Part shown: positions 56,422 to 64,000 of the stretch, one piece after another
How the letters are laid out: each line of letters begins with the position of its first letter
Position numbering within the stretch: the stretch's first letter is position 1
Source: a virus
Length of the DNA: 64,000 nucleotides
Reading direction: 5' to 3' (one strand)
IMG/VR virus record: IMGVR_UViG_3300017991_000090
Location: 1-64,000 of that record
Made by a program: the position numbers and the translations under genes
The notes under the pieces: generated by a model
Told to the model about the DNA's origin: nothing
What the model saw: only the letters and a program-made list of their open reading frames with translations
The model's database searches: none

Positions 56422-58082
56422 TTACTCCACAACAGTTTGCAGTCAACGTATTCTATCTGAATATGGCTCCGCTGCAGATGCCCGAAGCGTCAATGCGGCA
56501 TCTGTATCCGCTTTATAATTTAAAATCCAACGCAATGATGTTTAAGTTTGGGCGGCAAACGCACAAATCTACTACGCTTGGATTTAAAGTGGCCCTCCCG
56601 GCAGTAAAGTATAGTCCATACCATGCACTGTATGTGGCACCTACCGGACATCAGGTGTCAGTGTTCTCAACAGATAAGCTCAATAGCGCCCTGCGTGAAT
56701 CTCATTTTATCCGTGACCATTACTTCGATACCAAGACTAAAGACCAGGTTTCGTATAAAGAGCTTCGGAATGGAAGTAAGATTTATCTCCGGTCAGCGTT
56801 CCACACTGCTGACTCAATTCGTGGTATCTCGGCAGACCTGACAGCGATTGATGAGGTTCAGGACATAATCAGCGACCACATCCCGGTTATTGAACAGTCC
56901 ATGAGTCATAGTCTTGCTAAATGGGATCATTTGGTAAAAGAACAGCCCAACCTCCCAATGCACCTTTTCAACAGTAAGATATACGCCGGAACACCTAAAA
57001 CTGTTGAAAACACAATGGAGATATACTGGGAGCAGTCCACTCAGAATGAATGGATTATCAAGTGTGAAAACCAGGGTTGCAGAAAATACAATTTCATCAA
57101 CGAATACAATATCGGTGACACTTGCCTGATATGTAATAAGTGTGGAAAGCCAATACATTACCGTGACGGGCAGTGGGTAGCTATGAATCCGGAAGGGTTT
57201 ATTGACGGCTTCCGGTTGCCACAGATTGTTTTGAACTGGGTAAATAACCCTAACAATTCAGAGGCCTGGCAGATTAATGTAATCCGGACAAGGAAGATTT
57301 ACTCCACTGAGAAATATTTCAACGAAGTGCTGGCCCTTCCATACGCTGCCGCCAAGCACCCTTTGAGTGTTGCTGAAATTAAAGCCTGTTGTCAACCATA
57401 CGATATGGTCGAAGATACATGGGCCCCAAATGATAAAGTGGTCAAGGCCGGTTCAAATTTTGCAGGAATAGACTGGGGCAAGGGCGACACTGCGTCGGGA
57501 ACTTCATATTCTATGCTTACTATCAGCACTTGGCATCAGGGTGTGTTTAAAGTATTATTTAAAAAGCGATACACCGGCAGGTTATCAGAACCAATTTCTC
57601 AGGTAAAGGATATGCTGAGAATAATCAACCTGTTTAAGTGCCTACTGACTATAGCAGACACTGGTGACGGACGCACTTCAAACGCTATGATGGTTCAGTC
57701 ACTCGGAGTAAACAGGTTCGCTGAAATTTATGAGCACGGATCTTTAAAGAAGAAAATTCGTTGGGATAAGGATAAAGGATATTATATTATAAATCGTACC
57801 CAGGTGATGACAGATTTTATCATGGAAATCAAAAGAGCCCAGGTACAATTTTTTAAATATGAAGAATTCAAAGAGTTTCAGTCTGACTTTACCGGCATCT
57901 ACGCTGAGTATAGTGAGAGGCTCAGAATGACCAAATATGACCACAACGTTCCCGACGATGCCTTTCATTCATACATGTTCAGCAGGATAGCCTGTAAAAT
58001 AGCCAGGGGTGAATACTCCAAGTATCTTACTGGCGGCGCTGATACTGACTATTCAGAGCAGACGGTTATTACATTACCATAG
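56418..58082 (+). CDS. terL: Terminase large subunit
   Basis: GRQTHKST Walker A, IDEVQD Walker B, GTP, Zn finger, GIDWG and PDDAFHS nuclease motifs. Confidence 0.9.
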   Translation: MITPQQFAVNVFYLNMAPLQMPEASMRHLYPLYNLKSNAMMFKFGRQTHKSTTLGFKVALPAVKYSPYHALYVAPTGHQVSVFSTDKLNSALRESHFIRDHYFDTKTKDQVSYKELRNGSKIYLRSAFHTADSIRGISADLTAIDEVQDIISDHIPVIEQSMSHSLAKWDHLVKEQPNLPMHLFNSKIYAGTPKTVENTMEIYWEQSTQNEWIIKCENQGCRKYNFINEYNIGDTCLICNKCGKPIHYRDGQWVAMNPEGFIDGFRLPQIVLNWVNNPNNSEAWQINVIRTRKIYSTEKYFNEVLALPYAAAKHPLSVAEIKACCQPYDMVEDTWAPNDKVVKAGSNFAGIDWGKGDTASGTSYSMLTISTWHQGVFKVLFKKRYTGRLSEPISQVKDMLRIINLFKCLLTIADTGDGRTSNAMMVQSLGVNRFAEIYEHGSLKKKIRWDKDKGYYIINRTQVMTDFIMEIKRAQVQFFKYEEFKEFQSDFTGIYAEYSERLRMTKYDHNVPDDAFHSYMFSRIACKIARGEYSKYLTGGADTDYSEQTVITLP

Positions 58083-58090
58083 AGGTGAAT

Positions 58091-58441
58091 ATGCCATTTA
58101 AATCAAAAGCGCAAATGAGGGCATTTTTTGCAATGGAAGACCGGGGCGAGCTTCCAAAGGGAACTGCAAAAAAGTGGGCTAAGGAGACAAAGAATATCTC
58201 GTCGCTTCCCGAACACGTTAAAAAGGCATGTCTTATCAACTTTATCAAGATTGCCAAAGAGCTGTTCGACCCTAATAAAACAAAGCCAATTCCGACTCGC
58301 ATTATTCAGCAGGAAATGATAGCAACTGCCAAACAGGAGAAAATGAAAGGCATGACCCCTGTTGAATACAGAAACGATTTAACCGCAAGACGGACTGGCG
58401 TTGTGCGCAGAAACAGACAGTCAGCGAAAGCAGCTGCTTAA
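58091..58441 (+). CDS. Small basic virion-associated protein
   Basis: MPFKSKAQMR start; K-x-A motifs; GAGGTG RBS. Confidence 0.55.
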   Translation: MPFKSKAQMRAFFAMEDRGELPKGTAKKWAKETKNISSLPEHVKKACLINFIKIAKELFDPNKTKPIPTRIIQQEMIATAKQEKMKGMTPVEYRNDLTARRTGVVRRNRQSAKAAA

Positions 58442-58848
58442 TTATTTTTCTTTAAGTGCTCCGGAACAAATAATCCGCCTTCCTGGATATATTTTTCCTT
58501 GTTGATGCTTAAAGTGCTTTCGATACTTGCTAAATCCTCACCTTGATGATGAAGCGCCGCTTCCTGCAATATCTCCTGAACAGTCTGTTCAAACAAATCA
58601 TCATACTGCTCTTCTGACATTTGATACTCGCCGAGGTCAGTGTTTCTGAATTCTGTTATCAAATTCTTCTTAACCTCAACAACATAATCAGACTCAAGCC
58701 GGTCAGCGCCATGCTTAACCTGAATATGCTCAAAAAGCTTTGCCACCCAATATTTGAATGTCATCTTAAGCAATTCTTTCCTATCCATTTCTGAATTAAG
58801 AATTGCTTCTTTCAAATCGCGCTGGAAATTAAAATCACTTTTTGACAT
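58438..58848 (-). CDS. Hypothetical protein
   Basis: 136 aa ORF on the opposite strand. Confidence 0.55.
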   Translation of the reverse strand: MSKSDFNFQRDLKEAILNSEMDRKELLKMTFKYWVAKLFEHIQVKHGADRLESDYVVEVKKNLITEFRNTDLGEYQMSEEQYDDLFEQTVQEILQEAALHHQGEDLASIESTLSINKEKYIQEGGLFVPEHLKKNN

Positions 58849-58911
58849 AAGCCACCCATTATTTTGAAGTATATTAATTATATAATATAATTTAATAGAA
58901 TTCGATAATAG

Positions 58912-58940
58912 TTGCAAGTGGTTAGCATATATGTTATATT
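58912..58940 (+). promoter_or_regulatory. sigma70-like promoter TTGCAA-N17-TATATT
   Basis: Upstream of the head gene cluster. Confidence 0.55.
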
Positions 58941-58957
58941 TTTCTTAGAGGTGTTGC

Positions 58958-59209
58958 ATGTCAAAAATGTTACAAAATACAGAAGTATTACGAGCATTTA
59001 CCAGTGAAATGGAAAAAAACGCCACTGTTTTCACTAAGATATTATCAAAAATTAATCCCTTTTTGAAAGCAGGAAAAGAAGTGGTAAAAAAGAAACCTAA
59101 CAGGTTTTTAAGCACAGGTAAAGAGCTTATGACCATCCCGCTTGTTGGAGGTGCGGTTCTGGGCGCTGGCAGTTTATACGGAGCTGTAACATTGCCACCA
59201 GAAATATAA
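58958..59209 (+). CDS. Small K-x-A leader protein with C-terminal hydrophobic segment
   Basis: AFTSEMEKNA. Confidence 0.6.
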   Translation: MSKMLQNTEVLRAFTSEMEKNATVFTKILSKINPFLKAGKEVVKKKPNRFLSTGKELMTIPLVGGAVLGAGSLYGAVTLPPEI

Positions 59210-59211
59210 TT

Positions 59212-60042
59212 ATGATCGAGTCAATTAAAGAAATTGCACATAAAATAGCAGAAGAGTATCTTCTGACCGGTGACGACATGAATGAAGCACTGCTTGATTC
59301 ATATCAATCCGGTGAAATTGAAAATCTGGAAGTATTAAAGCGGATATGCGAAACAGCCAACCAGAATGTTTACCTCGCTTTATACCAGAACGACGATACA
59401 GATAAAACTAATATTACATTTGTCCTTGCTGATTATGATAAACTAAAAGGCGAAATCCAAAAAGGTGAAAAAGATATGGATAAATACCTAACTCCCCCAA
59501 ATGATTTTCGTGGATTGTTAACTATGGTTGCTGGCGAGGCGCCGAAAGAAATTCCAGAATCTTCTGACGGCGGTGAAAAGGTTGCCGAGATTCATAAATT
59601 AGGCCAATACAAGAATGTCTTTGAGGCCTTTTTTAGTGACATTCAGTCTTTACGAACACATGAAGAGATGAATGCTGACCGGGCTTTTGAAAAGATGTCG
59701 CTTGACGCAAAGACCATGATAGCAAATGGAGAGTCGCTTGGTGACATCTCTAAGGTGGCGTGTCGCTTTGTGCGTGATGAGGGCTACGACTTTAAAAAGG
59801 TCGCTCTCGCATACGATATGATTCACAGAGAGTTGTTAGAGAAGAATTTTAAAGTCAATACAAGCTTTACCAAAACGTCTTCCATCAGAAGGATTAATCG
59901 TAACGCAGATATGTTGCAGCCGGTAAACGAGTACATATCATCTGTTGAGAAAATTGCCGCACTGAATGATATGTTAAAAAATCTCGGCCACACTGTATCA
60001 AAAATGCGTGAACTGTTTACTGAAAAAATAAAGCAGTCTTAA
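59212..60042 (+). CDS. Helical head-associated protein
   Basis: RICETANQ motif; several K-x-A sites. Confidence 0.55.
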   Translation: MIESIKEIAHKIAEEYLLTGDDMNEALLDSYQSGEIENLEVLKRICETANQNVYLALYQNDDTDKTNITFVLADYDKLKGEIQKGEKDMDKYLTPPNDFRGLLTMVAGEAPKEIPESSDGGEKVAEIHKLGQYKNVFEAFFSDIQSLRTHEEMNADRAFEKMSLDAKTMIANGESLGDISKVACRFVRDEGYDFKKVALAYDMIHRELLEKNFKVNTSFTKTSSIRRINRNADMLQPVNEYISSVEKIAALNDMLKNLGHTVSKMRELFTEKIKQS

Positions 60043-60043
60043 T

Positions 60044-60736
60044 ATGCAAATGCCAGATTGGGAAGAAAAAACTGACCGGTTTGAACGTCGGATTGCCGAA
60101 AAGGTTATAAAGCCAGACGATGAACCGTTTGGCGAAACACGCAAAGATAAATTGTTGGCTGCTGGCCTCGGGGCTATATCAGGCCTGGCTTTCAGCATGG
60201 CTCCACTTCTCGTCAAAAGGAAGCCACGACTGCGTGATATGATTGAAGATACATTGAAGGGTTCTATCGTCGGAATCACAGCACCAACCTTAGCAAATGT
60301 CATATTGAAAGAAAAGCGCGGTGAGCTTCCGTCAAGCGCAGTTGATGAAGAATATGCGAAGCGCCGCGAAATGAAGCAGGATGTTGATACCATTGTTGCC
60401 GCATATCCTATGAAAAAAGAGTCAGGGCTTTTAACCACACCTCTACGGTTCGCCGCCGGTGCCGGTAAAAATGTCGGCGGAGCGCTTTGGAGAGGCGCAC
60501 TGGCAAATCCTTTCAGTAAAAAGATTGGGGTTGGTGAAAGAATATGGGGAGCAGCCGTAAAAGGCGGAGCGCTTTATGGTGGGATTAAAGGGGTGAAAGC
60601 AGTTCGGGCATCCAGGCAAAGGTCAGGAACTAATTATGCAACGCTCCTCCGAAATAACATCCTTGCTGGAAACATTAAACCTCACCAATTGTCTCAGGCT
60701 GACTTGATAGCAGTCAGACAGTTAGGGATGAAATAA
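60044..60736 (+). CDS. Gly-rich putative internal virion protein
   Basis: Hydrophobic Gly-rich segments; KKES. Confidence 0.5.
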   Translation: MQMPDWEEKTDRFERRIAEKVIKPDDEPFGETRKDKLLAAGLGAISGLAFSMAPLLVKRKPRLRDMIEDTLKGSIVGITAPTLANVILKEKRGELPSSAVDEEYAKRREMKQDVDTIVAAYPMKKESGLLTTPLRFAAGAGKNVGGALWRGALANPFSKKIGVGERIWGAAVKGGALYGGIKGVKAVRASRQRSGTNYATLLRNNILAGNIKPHQLSQADLIAVRQLGMK

Positions 60737-60737
60737 T

Positions 60738-60989
60738 ATGGATGCAAAGTGGAAAGCTTTTTTCAATACCGCAATGGAAAAAACAGCTCTTGTAGGTTCT
60801 GCTATTTATGGTGGCCTTTCTTTATGGTCTCTTAAAGACAGAAATCAACAGCTTCAAAATATTGCAAAAATAGACCCAGTGCAAAGGGACCGCGACGCAA
60901 GATTACAATTAAAACCGTCCAGTGCATATCAATTTGAGGGTGGGAAAAGGTCGGGCACGCCGGGATTAGTGAACCCTCATCGTATGTAA
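60738..60989 (+). CDS. Small K-x-A leader protein
   Basis: AFFNTAMEKTA. Confidence 0.55.
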   Translation: MDAKWKAFFNTAMEKTALVGSAIYGGLSLWSLKDRNQQLQNIAKIDPVQRDRDARLQLKPSSAYQFEGGKRSGTPGLVNPHRM

Positions 60990-60999
60990 AGGAGCCAAT

Positions 61000-61593
61000 A
61001 TGACAGAAAACATAAAAACTGCTGCTGAAAACCTTAAAGCAAAAGGTGTAATCAGCGATGAAGAGTACGACATACTGTGTAAATTTGCTGCATTTACTAT
61101 TGGTAAAAAAGCGCCTACCGGCCTGAAAGGTTTATGGGCAAAATTTACCGGTTCGGGCAGCAAGTCCGGAATCAAAATTATGGGCAAGGGCAAAGGTAAG
61201 AAAAAGGCTTTTGATATAGCCAAAGGCGACCTTATGCCTTATGCTGTTATTGGTGCTGGCGCTCTTGCAGGTAAAGAAGTTGTCGTTGACCCGATTATAC
61301 AGGCAACAAAAATAAAACGCTCATATGACGCAATGACTAAAAAGGTGCCACAGCTGGCAGAAAAAGACCAGGAGCAGCTCAAAGACTATTTCAATGTCGT
61401 AAAGACCTTCTCCCCAAGAACTGCCAGCAACCCACTGGTCGCAGGTCACCTTGTCAATAAAATGATAGAGTTCGGCGGTGTTGACCATAAGCTCGTTCAG
61501 GATATTGCATCTATTGAGGCTGGGCTCACGCCGACGAAAATTGTTCCCGGCGCTCTTGAAGCTGGGGCGAAAGCTGTAGCCGGCGCCCCATAA
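61000..61593 (+). CDS. Putative internal virion protein
   Basis: IKTA, CKFA; FSPRTASNPLVAG. Confidence 0.55.
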   Translation: MTENIKTAAENLKAKGVISDEEYDILCKFAAFTIGKKAPTGLKGLWAKFTGSGSKSGIKIMGKGKGKKKAFDIAKGDLMPYAVIGAGALAGKEVVVDPIIQATKIKRSYDAMTKKVPQLAEKDQEQLKDYFNVVKTFSPRTASNPLVAGHLVNKMIEFGGVDHKLVQDIASIEAGLTPTKIVPGALEAGAKAVAGAP

Positions 61594-61605
61594 GAAAGGA
61601 CTGAT

Positions 61606-61947
61606 ATGATACCGCTGGACGGGATGGATACTTATATTGAGAAAAGGGCCGCGCCAATCGGAGACAGTATAGCAAAACTTGTCGGGAAAGGTGCGAAGGG
61701 TCTTTTTAATGTTGTGCGTCGCTATCCAAAAACAACCATTGGCGTTGTCGGAGCTGGTGCTTTAGCTACCGGCGTTTCAGACCGGGTACATGACCTATAT
61801 AATATTCTCAGTGAAATGCGGAAGCGCAGAACAATGAAGAAAGAGGTTATACCGACCCTCAAACAGATAGCACAAAATACGGCACCTCCTCCAACAGAGG
61901 CGACTCCACCTGAACAACAGAAATTAATGGTACTACCATTAACATAA
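61606..61947 (+). CDS. Small K-x-A leader protein
   Basis: IEKRAA. Confidence 0.55.
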   Translation: MIPLDGMDTYIEKRAAPIGDSIAKLVGKGAKGLFNVVRRYPKTTIGVVGAGALATGVSDRVHDLYNILSEMRKRRTMKKEVIPTLKQIAQNTAPPPTEATPPEQQKLMVLPLT

Positions 61948-61954
61948 AAATATT

Positions 61955-63763
61955 ATGATAAAATACATTACATGCGACTCCATTGATGAGAATGGCCAAC
62001 ACATTGTTCCGGTAAATTCACTTTACCAGATGAATAAGACCGCGGCAAGTAATTATGCTCCGGAAATTATGAAGGTTATTCTTCATATGAAGCGTAAACC
62101 TGACCGATATTATGTTGTGGTTAACGCTCTTGGCTCATACGAGATATGGGGTTCGAATCGTAATGGTGATGCCTTTCCAGAGGTTGGCCTTGCCCACAAG
62201 TCATTAAGAACAGATATGGGCACGCCAAACGATTACGGGTACAAAACCTTCGAATACTATGCCAAATTTTATAAGCACCATGTCAATAAAGACCCGAAGC
62301 GCTCCTTCGGTGAAATTATCTTCTCACACTGGAACCCGGTACTGCATCGTGTAGAGCTTATTGTAGCCATAAATACAAAATCTGGTGCCGATGTTATTGA
62401 GGCTCTTGAAAAAGGAGATCATGTTGCCGTCTCGATGGGGTGTAAGGTAAAGTTTGACAGATGTAACATATGCGGAAATAAAGCCAAGACCAGAAAGTCC
62501 TACTGCAAGCACGCTAAAAACCATCTCGGTAAAATCATTACAGAAGACCTTGCAAAATTGTGGTCAAGAGAATTAGGCAAGGTGATTCTTCCTGGAACAC
62601 AGGTGTTCGTTTATAATGACTTTCCAAGATTTTTTGATTTATCCAGAGTTTTTGTCGGCGCAGACAGAATTTCGTATGTTCTTGGAAAAGCCGCATCGGC
62701 CGGCCCGATTATACTGTCAACAGATTTAGCTGACGCATACGGTGTTACTGATGATATGGTTGATAAGTTTGCGCAGGTGAGTAAAAAGAGTGAAATCAGC
62801 AAAAACATCGGTGGAACGCTCGGCCCTGATGATATTGACGGTAGAATGCAGCCAGCAAGCAAAGTCACTTTATTAAGAAAAGCCCTTGATGAAAAAGTGA
62901 ATAACTCTATTGCCGCCGAACCAAAACTCCCTCGACAGCTTATTGATTCAATGGCGTCCACGCTGTCATTGAGCACTATCTTCTCAACACTTCTTGGCCT
63001 TGGTATACACCCAAAGCCTGAAGAATTCCAGCGTATTGTTTTAATACGGATACGACAAAAACCCCTTGCAGACGAGTTGGATAATAAAGGTATTATATTC
63101 AACTATAGGGACGAAGCTGAACCACAACATCTTGATATATCCAACAGCAACTTCAGCAACACCTTGGGTCGTCTGCTTGTTCCACATTTACAATCGAGAA
63201 GTTGTTTCCCCAGCTTTCTTGAGCCTCGCATCAAATCAATAATGATGATAAAGACCGGGCAGTTTGAAGAGTCGCCTGCTGAATATAAACCAAGCCCACT
63301 ACACGCATTGGCCGGGCTTGTTGCTTTATACACAGGGTTGAAGTTAAAAGCGAAAGGGTATGGCCCGAAGCAGCTTGCCGATGTGTTTTCAAAACCATGG
63401 CTCCAAGCAGTTATAGGTGGTGGCGCTGTTGCGACAATATATAATAAAATTAATAAGAAAAAAGATGATGAAATGTTCAGGCCTGCAATTGACTATGAAA
63501 ACATACTACAGGATACTAACTTTTCAGGCCACATTAAACAGTCTGGCGCTCGTGAGGCGGCATACGGCTATGGTTTACTTGCCAGTGCTCTGGCATTACC
63601 AAGTGCATATGTAGCCAACGTATACAATCAAAAGTCATTACGAACCAAAGGTCGCAAGCTATTTCCTGGTGCTGGAACAGACCCTCGAGTTGCTGCTGGA
63701 GGTGCTGGTATATCAGCTGCTGGAATTACATCGCTGATTAAAAAATTACCTAAAAAAGGTTAG
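61955..63763 (+). CDS. Putative prohead maturation protease
   Basis: NRNGDAF, HH-x-N, VSMGC (candidate catalytic Ser) plus CxxC-x9-C-x-H, FFDLS.V...AD; head cluster context. Confidence 0.6.
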   Translation: MIKYITCDSIDENGQHIVPVNSLYQMNKTAASNYAPEIMKVILHMKRKPDRYYVVVNALGSYEIWGSNRNGDAFPEVGLAHKSLRTDMGTPNDYGYKTFEYYAKFYKHHVNKDPKRSFGEIIFSHWNPVLHRVELIVAINTKSGADVIEALEKGDHVAVSMGCKVKFDRCNICGNKAKTRKSYCKHAKNHLGKIITEDLAKLWSRELGKVILPGTQVFVYNDFPRFFDLSRVFVGADRISYVLGKAASAGPIILSTDLADAYGVTDDMVDKFAQVSKKSEISKNIGGTLGPDDIDGRMQPASKVTLLRKALDEKVNNSIAAEPKLPRQLIDSMASTLSLSTIFSTLLGLGIHPKPEEFQRIVLIRIRQKPLADELDNKGIIFNYRDEAEPQHLDISNSNFSNTLGRLLVPHLQSRSCFPSFLEPRIKSIMMIKTGQFEESPAEYKPSPLHALAGLVALYTGLKLKAKGYGPKQLADVFSKPWLQAVIGGGAVATIYNKINKKKDDEMFRPAIDYENILQDTNFSGHIKQSGAREAAYGYGLLASALALPSAYVANVYNQKSLRTKGRKLFPGAGTDPRVAAGGAGISAAGITSLIKKLPKKG

Positions 63764-63803
63764 GATATATATAATTTAATTATATTTAATTATTGAAAAT
63801 TTA

Positions 63804-63832
63804 TTGCATTCAATATATCATGAACTTATATT
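63804..63832 (+). promoter_or_regulatory. sigma70-like promoter TTGCAT-N17-TATATT
   Basis: Upstream of the GGAGG-led ORF. Confidence 0.55.
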
Positions 63833-63888
63833 GTTAATAAATGCAAAGTTGAAATAACTTTTTTTTAATCCATCGATGGAGGTTATAA

Positions 63889-64000
63889 ATGAGTAAGACC
63901 AAGAAAACAACTTTTGAGGATCATCTCAATATTGTTGAGGCTGGTCAGAAAACAGCATCTGCCAACGCTGTTGATGGTGACAACCAGGGCAGTTTGCTTG
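63889..64000 (+). CDS. Partial ORF (possible scaffold/head protein)
   Basis: GGAGG RBS; MSKTKKTTFEDHL...QKTAS; runs off the window. Confidence 0.5.
   Translation, partial: MSKTKKTTFEDHLNIVEAGQKTASANAVDGDNQGSLL

Noticed and set aside
1-64000. Stop-codon reassignment, tRNA or rRNA genes
   Set aside because: Conserved genes are intact in the standard code with TAA, TAG and TGA all used as stops; no cloverleaf or rRNA-like sequence recognised.

Overview
A 64 kb segment of a large tailed-phage genome in the standard genetic code. No tRNA, rRNA or CRISPR array was seen. The + strand blocks (1-13576, 39235-50946, 55369-64000) are virion/late genes: beta-helix and other structural proteins, portal, a single-chain beta+beta' RNA polymerase, large terminase, a putative prohead protease, and many small proteins sharing a F-x-x-E-[ML]-x-K-x-A leader. 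The - strand blocks (13.6-39.1 kb, 51.0-55.2 kb) hold replication and accessory genes: primase-MCM helicase, SSB-like protein, SNF2 helicase, nucleases, and a complete ubiquitin-like conjugation operon (two E2-like, JAB, E1, tandem Ubl). The main finding is an apparent multiplexed phage retron system. One retron-type RT sits in a DHH phosphoesterase-RT-RNase H operon, and six distinct retron-like ncRNAs lie at three loci: 28346-28553, a head-to-tail array of four at 29354-30600, and 51056-51306. All six have terminal inverted repeats closed by a G.G juxtaposition, a G-[UC]UU-C msr stem-loop, and long unrelated msd hairpins whose G.T wobbles favour folding as the cDNA strand. No toxic retron effector is evident. 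All protein assignments come from motif recognition by eye, not database searches.
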